From Sphaeroforma arctica JP610 (lineage: Eukaryota), in assembly GCF_001186125.1 (NCBI RefSeq), contig NW_014040325.1, positions 5,046-67,303 of the forward strand: 62,258 nucleotides of DNA, in the 5' to 3' direction. Shown one piece after another: positions 1 to 12,755 of this stretch (position 1 is the first letter of the stretch; every line of letters begins with the position of its first letter). Under the pieces are notes generated by a model that saw only the letters and a program-made list of their open reading frames with translations, did no database searches and was not told the DNA's origin. Position numbers and translations under genes: made by a program.

Positions 1-59
1 ATAGATGTATGTATATAAATATATGTATTTATGCATAGTATTTTATTGTTTCATATTAC

Positions 60-91
<32 letters not shown>

Positions 92-235
92 TGTGTGTGT
101 GTGTGTGTATGTATGCATATATATACAGTGTTTTTATTTTTCCCAATACAGTAGTATGTATTATAAAATATTTTTATATATCATTATATATTTTAATTTG
201 TATGTGATTATATATTATTATGTATTATTATACAG

Positions 236-1817
236 ATTTATAAAGCACAATAGAGATTGTCCGGGGAATTGGTACGAGGATGATCAGCAGTTACATCTGC
301 GAATTCTACTTATAGGACTGTGGTGCGGGGCAATTGCAGTTATTAAACGGACGGAGATGGAAAAGTTGACCATCGCCAAATGTATGTCGACAGCTAAGCT
401 GTTACTGAGTGTCTGTCTTAATGGTTAATTTTGTGTGTACTGTCTGCATAAATATATATGTTTGGGAGTTTCTCTAAGAATGAATTTGGGTGTCTATTTC
501 GGTGCATGGTCGCTGGTGAAGAATGCGACACAATTTTAATTAGGCTGGCTACAACTTCCATCCACCCAAGTTTGATTCCAACTGTGTGTGTCTACGCCTA
601 CTTCCGTGTCGTGGATCTTTCCAGGTTACCATATGCATCAGTTGATTTTTTTTTAATATGAACGTGGAAGCTAACTCTATCACGGCATGTGTGTATATCC
701 TAGATATACCCTTAGAGTGGCGGCGGAGAGTAGATCTCTTGACAGTCACAGAGTCAGGTCAGACGAAAAAAATGCGCGAGGCGGGTGCGATTGAATACAG
801 CAGGTAACATGCACGATATACATCATTGTCAAGGATTTTAACCCCTATGGATTCGGTGGATACAAGTACGAATACTGTTTTCGGTTGCAGAATTGGTTCA
901 TATGGTCCGATGACTAATTTTTGTCTCTGGATTGCACGAGTATTGGCTTTTAACGAATTGATTGAATGTATTCTGATTCATTGTCTGTCTTTTATGCGAT
1001 CGGGCAATTTGTTAGTCCTAAATCAGAATGTTGCACGCGTCGCGAAACCCTCATTGTTTTCATCTGGCGATTACACGCAAGTAAGCAATATAGCTTTCCC
1101 TAAAAATCGCGTCATTCCATTCTCCGTCATCGGTTGGGACACTTCATATGATGCAGGATAAGGATAAACGAATTCCCATACGCACCTTCTCATGGTATGT
1201 TTCCCCGTCGCTTGCTGCTTTTTTTTGTGGGCTTTTGAGTGTCCATTATACTGGCTCATTCAGCTTCAGCTTGGCCGCAGTGGGTTTTTTAATATGTGCG
1301 CACATGCCAGCGATAGGATCGAGTAATCGTTCGAAGATACTCTTTGCTCGGCTGTCAAATGTTACAACGGTGCGACGGCCCGGCGGGATTCAAAGCATAG
1401 TGACTTTTAATCGTCACAACGTCTTTGTACCCTGGAGCGCGGCTGCCTCGATCACCGATCGGCGCTGTAAACCATGCAAAACTTGATTGCCAAGCTTCGT
1501 CTCGATTTGCTTTTGTCCCCGCAATGGCATTTTGTTTTGCACTATAAATTATGCGTACCACCGAGCATTAAATCATTGTGCTTTATACACGTGCGAGTCG
1601 ATTGAGAGTACTCTGCCAGCAGGTGAATGAATTGATCATAGCGATCATAGTATGGTAACTCTGCGATGCAGATAAATATATATATATAAATATATATAGG
1701 TATAGGTATAGGTATAGGTATAGGAATAGGTATAAGACAGACAGGACAAAGCAATGTCAGCACAAGTATCCGATGACCAGGTACCTGCTAGCAGACCGAT
1801 AGGTATATATATATATA

Positions 1818-1863
<46 letters not shown>

Positions 1864-1882
1864 TATATATGGATATAGTAGT

Positions 1883-1919
<37 letters not shown>

Positions 1920-1944
1920 TACTATATATATATATATATATTAT

Positions 1945-1977
<33 letters not shown>

Positions 1978-2303
1978 NNNNNNNNNNNNNNNNNNNNNNN
2001 NNNNNNNNNNNNNNNNNNNNNNNNNNNNNNNNNNNNNNNNNNNNNNNNNNNNNNNNNNNNNNNNNNNNNNNNNNNNNNNNNNNNNNNNNNNNNNNNNNNN
2101 NNNNNNNNNNNNNNNNNNNNNNNNNNNNNNNNNNNNNNNNNNNNNNNNNNNNNNNNNNNNNNNNNNNNNNNNNNNNNNNNNNNNNNNNNNNNNNNNNNNN
2201 NNNNNNNNNNNNNNNNNNNNNNNNNNNNNNNNNNNNNNTAATTATTTTATTTTATTTTACTTNTTATTCTTATTATTATTACCTTACTTACTTACTACTT
2301 TAT

Positions 2304-2336
<33 letters not shown>

Positions 2337-2361
2337 TAGATATATATATATATTATATATA

Positions 2362-2397
<36 letters not shown>

Positions 2398-5347
2398 ACT
2401 TACAGCTTACAATACAATATGCAGGTATGTCCCTAGCTGGCGGTGAGCATCTCGAAGGGAAGAAGAGAGTTGGAATGCTGCATCAACTGAGTCTCCCTTG
2501 TGACCCTACCTCAAGGCTCGAGAATTGGTATGATGGTTAATGACTTCGGAAGCAAAATATGAGACTTTGTAAGCGAAAAGACTGTTGACTTATTGAATTT
2601 GTGTGTTCGTGCGCGTAGTGGGTGTTCAAATGTTCTAAGAACATATTCAGTACTGGGTAGCTCAAAACTATTGGTATTTCCTGGTTCGGCTGTACACGTA
2701 CTGTGTTATCTCGAAGGGATAAAGGAAAGAATTCTCTTCCTGAACGATCATATTGATATCAACAAGACATAAGTTTTACAGAATAGTATCAGAATTCTAT
2801 AAAAAAATAGGGTTATTATCTCTAACTCTGCGAAGAATCTATTTTTATCGAATATCGCATTTGACAACTCAGCTTTCACTCCATGGAAACAGCAGCTGTC
2901 TCATGTAATAGACCTCCGTTGTTGTGATTTCACGCATGAACAGGTATTTGATTGATATAGAAAAGATTCTGCAAGAGTGTAAAGTCATGAATCCGAATCC
3001 CAGGGGCGCCACTAAACTTCCGAACGAAGACTACCACGCGGTGGGGCAGAACCCGAAAGTATGTTGTTTTTGAGCATGTGTTATTACGGAGGGTAGAGTA
3101 CATCATTATGTGTGTGTACACACAATTCATTACTCTGTACTTACAGGCATGGGCGAAGTTTATACTATGGCCTCGTGGGTACGAGATAAGACTCGTCATC
3201 ATTCGTGGCGAATTCTGACCATGCGACGCCTGTGTATTTGTACACCCATCTAGCTGCATCCTTTTCATGCTAGTCTGAACTCATAGTCGCTTGCTATATG
3301 TATGCTGAGATGAAAAAATTTCCCCCTTGCTTTCAAACAGATAGGTTCTTCCGTTGCTCGGACTCAACATACGCAAGTCTGGAGGGCTACAGTACAGGAT
3401 TATAACGTGTATACTAGGGTAAACAGGCCGCACTATTATCCCGCTATCAATGCACACGTCGACGTTATCCAGGTAAAGGCCTTGGTGGGTGGTATGCACA
3501 GTTAAAATTAGAGTTTGGTGTGATACAATGTATGGTATGATCTGAGTGATGTGTGTGCGACTACTTTGGGTTATATATCTGCTCAATTCAGCATGTACAA
3601 CCGTATTTCGAAACAGTTAACTGATTTCGATCGTGTGTCACTTTCAACCGATGTGCAGGTGGGCAGTAAAGCAGATGGATCATTCATCAAGTTCACTGTC
3701 GATGACGTGTGCGATTACAACTTTGTAGTGGCGATCACGGATCTGAGGATGAAGATGCTCAAGGTGTGTTATTTGTACAGCGCAAGGGTGTGAAAGCATG
3801 TGAATAGACGCTCTCAGACTGGAGTACTTTCTAACCATGTGTGAGTACCGCCAAGAACTATACTGCTGTTTGGATCAAGTTGGTGTTGCTTAGATGTGTG
3901 TGCTCATATGCCTCAAGTGTATCGTATCGTTGGCACTGTTCAGACATTGACGTGATCTCCCCTTCGATTGGTCGCGAAGTGATGCATGTGTATTCTGATT
4001 TTTGGGTGGCTACATGATACCAGTTTTGCTACCGAGGCTTTGTTCCTTACGACTAGCCCGGAAGTGTCTTCGAACCATTTTGCTCCCAGCCTCCCACTCC
4101 TCAGTGCAATCGCCGATGGCGTATTCGCTCTCTATTTTCTATTTATTCTTGGAAGCCACATCATTTTTATGCGCTGTAAGTAGCAAATACATCATCACCC
4201 CGCGAAATAATTTTTATCTGCATGCAATATATCGGCTGGAATTTTGCTTGTAAAATCTTATCTAAATCTGTATATTTATTCTGTTTTTACCAGTCTTTCG
4301 GAGGGCCGCATCGCGTCGACCTGAATGTAGTTGCAATGCATGACGGGAACAAGTAAGTATATCACTATCGAATATCCGAACTTGCAAGACACTGTACAAC
4401 TTCATCTCCTATATGAAGCATATTGTGGTACACGTAATAGAGAGTATATGACTGGTGATACTCTTGATATCATCAAGTAGGTCGTGATAATCCGTCTTTA
4501 TTTTAAACCGGCCTGCTTCTGCATTTTGCCTAATTTCGAATCCAGTCTTTTGAACACTTAACACGCCGTATGCTGTGACTGCGTCACTCCTGCTTTTTAA
4601 CTAATTTCGAATCAAGTCTTTTGAACACTACCACGCCGTATGTTCTGACTGCATTCACTTCTGCTTTTAACTAATTTCGAATGAAGGCTTTCGAACACTA
4701 ATACGATGTATGCTGTGACTTTATTCACTTCTGCTTTTTAACTAATTTCGAATTGAGTCTTTTAAACACTACCACGCCGTTTGTTCTGACTGCATTCACT
4801 TCTGCTTTTAACTAATTTCGAATTAAGGCTTTCGAACACTGATACGATGTATGCTGTGACTGCATTCAGGTCGTATGTCGTGACTGTATGTGTACTGAGC
4901 CAGCTAGAGGAGTTTGTCAGCCCCGAGACGGGTCTGAAATTAACGCGCAATCCGGATACCGGGAAGACGTCGGTAGACTTCGATCTGAGATCAGGGTAAG
5001 TGGCGATAGGCAGTGGCACGCAATGCCCAGTCGTGCGACTCTCTGTTTGTGCATTCTGTACTTCTTGATAAACCATTTGCATGTAGTGGATATACACAGT
5101 GTCGTTATCGCGTTTGCGGCAGGAACTCGTGAGCGCACGTTGTGATGTGAATGCTTAGCTGGTTACCCTACAGTCGCGACGAATAGTCGCGATATAATAT
5201 AGTTCCCAACCATTAACTTGGTTTTTCTAATGCGCGTCCTCATTTCAGTTACGATAGAATAGACACGCAAAAGAGCGGCGGCAACTTTCAGGTGTACACG
5301 ACTATGGCTTTCGACACTGCCGTAAAAGAGGGCAAGGCTATATTGAG
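236..5347 (+). CDS. Partial multi-exon gene, unknown protein (5' end outside window, 3' end uncertain)
   Basis: Phase-consistent GT-AG exons 236-381, 704-803, 1157-1194, 2425-2527, 3592-3763, 4294-4352, 4908-4995, 5292-5347 give an open frame of about 250 aa (FIKHNRDCPGNWYEDDQQLHLRILL...FDTAVKEGKAILR). A last exon may start near 6035 or 6109. The N gap at 1978-2238 could hide an exon. No family recognised. Confidence 0.6.
1680..2395. repeat. Microsatellite block (TATAGG)n, (TG)n, (TA)n around an assembly gap
   Basis: Simple repeats directly visible flanking the N run 1978-2238. Confidence 0.9.
4515..4868 (+). repeat. Intronic minisatellite, ~70-bp unit x ~5
   Basis: CTAATTTCGAA...GAACACT...GTATGCTGTGACTGCATTCACTTCTGCTTTT recurs at about 4530, 4601, 4671, 4742 and 4812. 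Confidence 0.9.
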
Positions 5348-6899
5348 GTATGTCACGAAGTCTTTGGTTGTACGATTTGTGGATTCAGTGCGAGTCATTA
5401 TGGACGTTCTTGGTAGGCATGTGGTGTCAGACTGTCTGATAAACGATGCCACGCCTGTTTGTGATTCGCATGAATAACCCGGATTTTATGTGTATTTGTG
5501 CATGCCAGTATAAATTGAAGATAAATGTATATTGACAGGTATCTATTCTTATAAGACACACAGGGAAATATATTGATATATACAAGCCTTTCACTTAAAG
5601 AATTTCACGAATACAATTGTGCTTGTCTATTATAAATCTCGTATAGTACACGTATACAAATATCGGAAAGTAGTATTACACTCGCGCGTGATGAAGTCGT
5701 CACATGTATTTATGTGTGTGGATGTACACACAGTTACTACACTACATATTCGTATATATTTATGTGTGTAACACACATGTGTTACCACCATACCTATACT
5801 AGACACATGAGTTTCTATAATCGTAATAAACATCGGGCTTCGCCAGTTTAATTCTTCGAAAACTGGGTCTCGTAGCTTGATATAATTACTGTCCGGCGGG
5901 AAGCAGCAAGGCCTATTTCCGCTTAATTGTGTTGAGCTGCAATATTTACGATTTGTCCCATAAAAAGCTTGCTCCTTCGATATTGCGACACCTGCTGTAG
6001 CTGTTGTATCAGGAACGCAAGTCGAGATCCCTCAGATTTGTGTGCGTTGATAAAAGGTGCTGCGCGTCATCGCGTTTGGTACTATATTGACACTTATCAC
6101 GATTGCAGATTTACGCTGCGTAGCCAACGTAAACGACTGTTACCTTTGCTTAGAGCTACTCTCTCTCTCTCTCTCTCTAATGTGAATTCTCATCTGCTAT
6201 ATCTAGTCGACTGTATGACTACACGTGCAAACCAGGCTGTGCGAAAGTAATTGAAGACTGGCTCGTGGAATTGGATGCAGGTCAACAATAGTTCCACAGC
6301 TCGGCGTGCAATTCCGCCTCGATAACGATCAACATATACAAAGATCAACGTAAATAAAGATACAGTGCCGTCCGAAAATACCGTACATACGAACAACTGC
6401 TCTTATTACCATATCAAATGCTCCATTATATACGGGGATGTATTTTGTATATACATACTATATACTGTTCCTTGCCATATACAAATGGTATATAGGCGAC
6501 TGATCATTGCCCGACGATGAACCCCCTACCCCCCTTCTCTCTTATTCGAATGCCTAGTCCGTTCCTCCGACTCCTCAGCAACCCTCCCTACGGCTCTCTG
6601 ACCTTGATGATTCCCCAATCCTGGACACGCCTCCTCAGTCACCTCCCATCCTCCGCTCAAGCTCACTTCTTTCAAATACTAGGTCGGTCCCTTAGCACAC
6701 CTCGCACATTCTATCCCTCCATTCACTCCCGACATCAGTTTTTGTCGCCTAGTCCGTCCTCGTCTCCTACCTGTTTGCCCTGGCCTCTCCACACACGTCC
6801 TGACTGCATCATCGACCACTTGCCCCTCAGCACTCACTTCACATTCGGCGTGACGTTCAGCGATCTTGATACGGCAGCCCACTCCGTCAGATACCTCGC

Positions 6900-7790
6900 A
6901 AACCACCATACATTTGTTCGATTTGTACCATACTAGAAACGACCTAAGTGGTTATCCATAGGAATATGTGTCCGCCTTGAAACATGACGAAAACGGCCAA
7001 CTCACACTATATAAAGCTCGCCTCGTCGCTCGAGGTGACGAGCAGGAATACGGGGACAGATCCCCCGAGTCCTATGCCCCGGCGGCACACGCGACTGCTA
7101 TCCTCCTCTATATGGCACACAGACTGCCAACACTCACAAATTCGTCTACCATTTTGAAGTTACAAGCGCCTATCTATACAGCTCCTTTGGTACACAAGTG
7201 TTTATACACCCACTCACTCGGCACGGTCCAATCGCGGACGACGACATTGCATCAAAATTTTGCTCTCTTGGATTTCAACGAGCGCCTACCGATGAAAGTG
7301 TGTGGCAACATGGCACACGCGACCCCACAGTAATTGTCGACGTCATGAGATTCTCTCGGCTGTGCTCCCCTTAAGCACCGCCGCAGCCTGGCTGTACACT
7401 CAGCTTACTCAGCACTATCTCATGATTAACCTTGGTCTCGGCACCCACGTGGTGGGCGTCCGTGTTATTAAATATAAATCTGCCTGCATGTCGCTTTTAC
7501 AAGACGGGTATATTCAACGCCTCATCGATGTCTTCGACGCCCACGGCTCTCTTCCCAAAGCAAGACGGGTATATTCAACGCCTCATCGATGTCTTCGACG
7601 CCCACGGCTCTCTTCCCAAAGCAACATCTAGTACAGCACACCGCCCTAGCTCTCTCACAGGCTCCGATTTCAAGGACAATTTCGTAGCCTACATACTTGG
7701 CGCTTTGAGTTTCGCCGCTAACATGACGCGAGTCGACATCGCGTGAGCCTTCGACCAACTGGCAGTCTTTTGCGCCGCTCCTCTAGTCGT
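6900..7790 (+). mobile_element. Degenerate Ty1/copia LTR-retrotransposon reverse transcriptase fragment
   Basis: KHDENGQLTLYKARLVARGDEQEYG...ESYAPA matches the copia RT YKARLVAxG...ETFAPV motif. Downstream frames give MINLG..HVVGVRV..SLLQDGYIQRLI and YILGALSFAANMTRVDIA*, with frameshifts and stops. No LTRs recognised. Confidence 0.85.
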
Positions 7791-8195
7791 CTACAAGCCC
7801 ACTATACTGTCCGGCGTCAGTCAGAAGTAGAGGCGGTCGTAAGCGTCAGTCATAAATATCGCAAGCGTAAGCGATAAGCTTAGGAAGGTGGACATAGCAG
7901 GCAGTAGTAATGGCAATTTCAAATGGCCGTCGTAATGGAAAATTAAATATTTAATATACGGTTAAAAACACCGGTTCTCCTTCTTTTTCTTTTTTTTAAC
8001 TTTCAAGATGATTTTTGAAAAAATTCAACAAGCCTTCTTGATAGACATTGGCCATGTTCTTTAGGTCTCTTGAAGGAAGCTATATTTTTTGCCCCTATAT
8101 AGGACATATCACATACTGCAAGACGACAGAAAGTGAGGCTATGTGTATACGTACGGAAGGCTTAGTAGGAAATTGGTTGATAGCATACCAAAAAG

Positions 8196-8947
8196 ATGCC
8201 GAATTTTATTGACCTCGATGGAGATATTGGAACTCTCGGACAGGAGGTAGCCTTCCCGCGAGTCAGCTCAAAGATGAAAGTGGCTGAGTTGAGAGAGGAA
8301 GCTATAGTTCGGTGTATTCTGTGCTCGAATACTGACCACTTAATATATTTGCTATATTCATGAGAATGTGATATATCTAACACTCACATATAGATTGAAT
8401 TTATATGTATCGGTTAGCCAATCTCAATAGGAAATAAATCCGAAGTATATCTGTCTGCACATTTCGAATCGGCCTATTTGAAAAAGGTCACTATGGCAAC
8501 ATTCCCGCTTTTCAGGGCACGATAAGCTGACTATCCCCAAGATGAAAACAGATTTTCTGGACTTACTGGTTACTGGGACAATCTATATCAGAGGCACTCA
8601 GGCCTGGGAAGAGATTGAGATGCTCCTGGCACGTGTCGAGATGGAGAAGGAGGAACTGCGGGAGGTCGCTGCGGCTAAAGCAAGGTAAATACCGTGTGAT
8701 TCGTAGGGATCTAAACCTGTGGGACGGGTTTTTGTTACCACGGATTGTGGGATGCTGGTAAAATGACGATCTATGAAGGCTAAATTTATATGCATGCCAA
8801 TTTCGTTGTCTTCTCGAATATGGACGCGTTTTTGTGATTATATATATATCTGCCAATTGCATTGTCTTCTCGAATNTGGACGCGTTTTTGCTTTGGACTA
8901 TTCCTTGAAGTACCTGNNNNNNNNNNNNNNNNNNNNTATACTATATA

Positions 8948-9011
<64 letters not shown>

Positions 9012-9129
9012 CACAACTATATATATATATATATATATAACCCTAAAACACAACTAGAGAGCACTGGTATCTTATGAATCCGACGATGATGGTGCTGAAT
9101 CAGAGCAATTTGGTTACGGGCTCTCTTGA
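8196..9129 (+). pseudogene. Small spliced gene or pseudogene with SAP-like helix motif
   Basis: Exon-like pieces 8196-8311 (MPNFIDLDG...SSKMKVAELREEAIVR), 8516-8684 (HDKLTIPKMKTDFLDLL...EKEELREVAAAKA) and ~9060-9129 (ALVSYESDDDGAESEQFGYGLS*). The first junction is out of phase by 1 nt. Confidence 0.35.
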
Positions 9130-9829
9130 GCTGCATCAAGTGTTCTGTGGTCGGTTGAGGTGCACCAGCGTGTTAACAGTATGAATGCAGTGTGTATCAG
9201 CTACGTGCGAATGAAACCGCCATGTCGGGGTGGGTGTAGAAAATGCACGCTGGAGTTTTCCTTTCCGACTAAGGTCAGTCGTCTGGTTTCAAGCAATGTA
9301 TGGTATGGACTCGTGTGGAATGGAATCAAACCCTATGTCCAAAATTATATGGACTGGTTCACTTGCTTAAGTTGCAGAATGTTTGGGACCCCAACGATAC
9401 CTCATCAGGCCGGAACGTAGTTTCAAAACAACCTTTGTCACGCTCGAAAAGTGAGAGGTGTGTAGCCAGACAATCCCTCAACATCTTGGTAAATGGGCAC
9501 CACTTATAAATATAGAACAAGGTGATCAAGATCAAAACAGTCGATGTAGTACATCTCATAAACAAAGAGATAAGTACTCAGGGTCATTACTTAGCTTAAG
9601 TTCATACTATAAATGAATAATGAGTACTCAAGGTCAACACGTTAGCTATATTTCACACAATCAATAAAGAATAAAAACGGTGGCAAAATTTTACATCAAA
9701 TCAGGAGCTCTTTATCGGTGATGCGCGTTGTTTTAGATATATTAATGCTCGCCCAAAAGTGTGAAGTAAGATATTTCGAAACAATTTTTGAACATATATT
9801 ATATACATAACTTTTCATTTGTAGTTATC

Positions 9830-9903
9830 TGCCGCGTGGCTCAGTTGGTAGTAGCGCAAGACTGTTAATCTTGAGGCCAAGGGTTCGATCCCCTTCGTAG
9901 CAA
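9830..9903 (+). tRNA. tRNA-Asn (GTT), copy 1
   Basis: Cloverleaf: acceptor TGCCGCG/CGTAGCA, D arm GCTCAGTTGGTAGTAGC, anticodon arm CAAGA-CTGTTAA-TCTTG, T arm AAGGG-TTCGATC-CCCTT. Followed by a T-run (Pol III terminator-like). Confidence 0.9.
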
Positions 9904-12681
9904 CTTTTTCTATATCGGATCTACTTTTTTTCAACCCTTTTTTTTAATTAAATTGGGGATCGCAACTGTTCTCATTTCAAACGAGATCGAATTTGCCGTC
10001 TCGCTAGATCTCAGCCATGTCACTAGAACTGTGCTTTCTCCATTTTGGACCGTAAAATATGTCATGTTTTTTCATTTGTGCATGTTTACCGCGTCGCTTT
10101 TTTTTCCACATCAACTGAAGGGTGTTTCGTAGTATACACACTTCTTACAGGGTGTGCGTACACTAGGCATATTCGTTTACGTGGTGGTCTTCTGTGTATA
10201 TTAGGAATGGATAATACGTTGAAGTTGGTAGTAGACATCATGATACCTAGTAGAGACGATATGAATGATAACTTCTTTTTTTCTTTCAATTATGCACTTG
10301 GTGTTAGAAGATGCAGTACTCGTTAAAGTTCATTGAAAGCAGTGGGATGTGTGTATCGTGGTGTGTAATCTGTTCATGATATGTGTCACGACTATTGTAC
10401 CAGGACTTATAATCCATATATTAAGCAAATAGAGCCATCGCAGGCATATAGTGTTTTGTTTTGCCAATGCCAAACCTATCTGAGTTCTCTTCATATTAAT
10501 GCCAAGGTGTAAATGATATTTGGTTTCAATACCATTTTCTGATAAAACTGTAGATTTTTTCAGTATAGCCGTCAACGAGAAAGTTCGAGCACGTGTGGCT
10601 GCGCATATAATAGATCAAACTAAAAAAATAAGCTTGTTCAAGTTGATGTGCATTGAGATCGTCGCATGTATATTAGAATCTAAAGCTGTTGTGCATGCAT
10701 GTATACCTCGTTTAATCTCTGTCATTCAGCAGAATAAGCATTGTGCACAGTCTAGCGGATACTACAGTGCGGGTTAGGTTGCGAAGGAAAATGTGTACAT
10801 GGTGCAATATTCATCATGGAGTAACGTGAACGACTGTGTGCGGTACGATTATGATGCCGTTGTATAAGTCTCCGGTTATCTAACTCAGTGTGACATTAAT
10901 GGCTGTACAGGTCTGTTGGGGACGTGTCCACAGGTACCAAACAATGGCAAGCTTGTAAGAGAAAGGCAGAAAACAGCAAAGAGGCAAGATAACTTCTCAG
11001 ATGTATTGGCCACATGGAAAAGTCAGAAGAGTGGTGTTCGTAAAGCAATACAGAGCGTTGCTCCCCATGCACGTAAGCAAAAAAGATAAGAGGAGGTTTC
11101 TGTTGCTTAAATTAAGACAGTGGAGCATACAGGAACAAAACCTGAAACACTTGCACAACGAGTCGAACTCCGGGCATTGCACGATGACATCAAGAAGATA
11201 TAATATTGTCTACCGACTAGCGGAGATATTATATCAGTGCAATATATTGCAACATCCTGAGCATTGCAGAAAAAGAAAATATCGGTAATCTTTAAACAAC
11301 TTGGCCTGGCAGTTTGGCTCTCACGAAGTAAATTCCCGAGGCAGCAATTCCCTTTGATACTGCGTTCTCGATTGAGATGAATCGATTATTAGTACTCAAC
11401 GTACGTTGTACTTCACTCCATCTATCAGGAGACCTTCCTGTGGAGGACCTTTTCTCCCATACAAATGAAACCCTTTCTGAGTTTCGCAAAAGCTCTTCTT
11501 CGTTGAGTTCAGATACTATGCGGTCACTGATTCTACCACAACATACAGGCGACACAAAACAATAACGTTCGACAGTTGTCATCCCAACTAAAATATTAAG
11601 CATATCATGTTGCTTATATGTTTGATAGGGTATATATATATATTTATAAATATGTACAATCCATAGTGAGTGCGGTTTCATAATGACCCATAAACTGGAA
11701 ATATGGTAGCCACATCCTATTCACCATTTTTTTTCGCCAATAGATTAACAGGGGCATACATCTTCTGCCCAAAGAAGTAGAGGAGTGCATCATTTGTATC
11801 ATAGAGTATATTAGATGCTGTTCGTATACAGCCAATGCAAATGTCCATTTCAATAATTCCTCGTCCAATCTTTCCCTAACTATCCCAACCCAGAGTACGA
11901 TTCTATTCTCTAACGACATGGACCTGCGGCTGATTTCGAACTTAGCGCTTACATTCTTGATAATAGTCACAAAGTCTAAAAATTTCTTTGCAATGTGAAT
12001 TCCAGTTCACACGAGTGTTACTTCACAAGAGTGTTGTAAGACACTTTAGAAACTGTATTGTGGCACTATTTTCTTATACGGCTATACTCGCTAGCATTTG
12101 TATCCGTCTCATTTAAAATGCCAACATCCCCACTGTGTGTCGTACCATTGGTACAGTATGTACAAGAATCATCTGTTCCGTATCACGCCGTGTTTTTATC
12201 TGCGACGCGACTTGCGTGTTCCACTTCTCTACTATCATATGCATTTACAGTATCTTTAGTTAAGGCTATCTGTTTCTTGCCACGAGGCTTCAGATACTTT
12301 GCACGAATGTGCATTTAGCATACTGACAGATCCATACGTGTGAATTCTGCACTTTGCACACCACTTGTCAAATCCCTTAGTCGTTTCATCGATACATACA
12401 AGATATTTGGACTGCCTGTTGACACAGGTTTATGTATATTGTGGCGCGAGGTATGATCATTACAAAAAGCAACTGTACACGCCCATACTGGCGCCACAAT
12501 TAAGCTCTGAAGTATCCAAAAAATACATACGCACGTGTTAAAAGTTATAACATTTTCCTTGTTATACTGGCATAAAGGCGCACAATTTTGTAAAATTTCC
12601 AAACAGGTCAATATTTACATTTTTTCAGAAAGTACTATAAAACCAAGGGTATATAATATATAATTTCTCTGCCAAATAATC

Positions 12682-12755
12682 TGCCGCGTGGCTCAGTTGG
12701 TAGTAGCGCAAGACTGTTAATCTTGAGGCCAAGGGTTCGATCCCCTTCGTAGCAA
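12682..12755 (+). tRNA. tRNA-Asn (GTT), copy 2, identical to copy 1
   Basis: Same 74-nt sequence as 9830-9903, followed by a T-run. Confidence 0.9.

Noticed and set aside
4515..4868. 70-bp periodic array as a CRISPR array
   Set aside because: The whole unit is repeated, so there are no spacers; it is an intronic minisatellite.
8800..8895. Duplicated TTGTCTTCTCGAAT.TGGACGCGTTTTTG
   Set aside because: Adjacent to an N gap and contains an N; probably a low-quality contig end.
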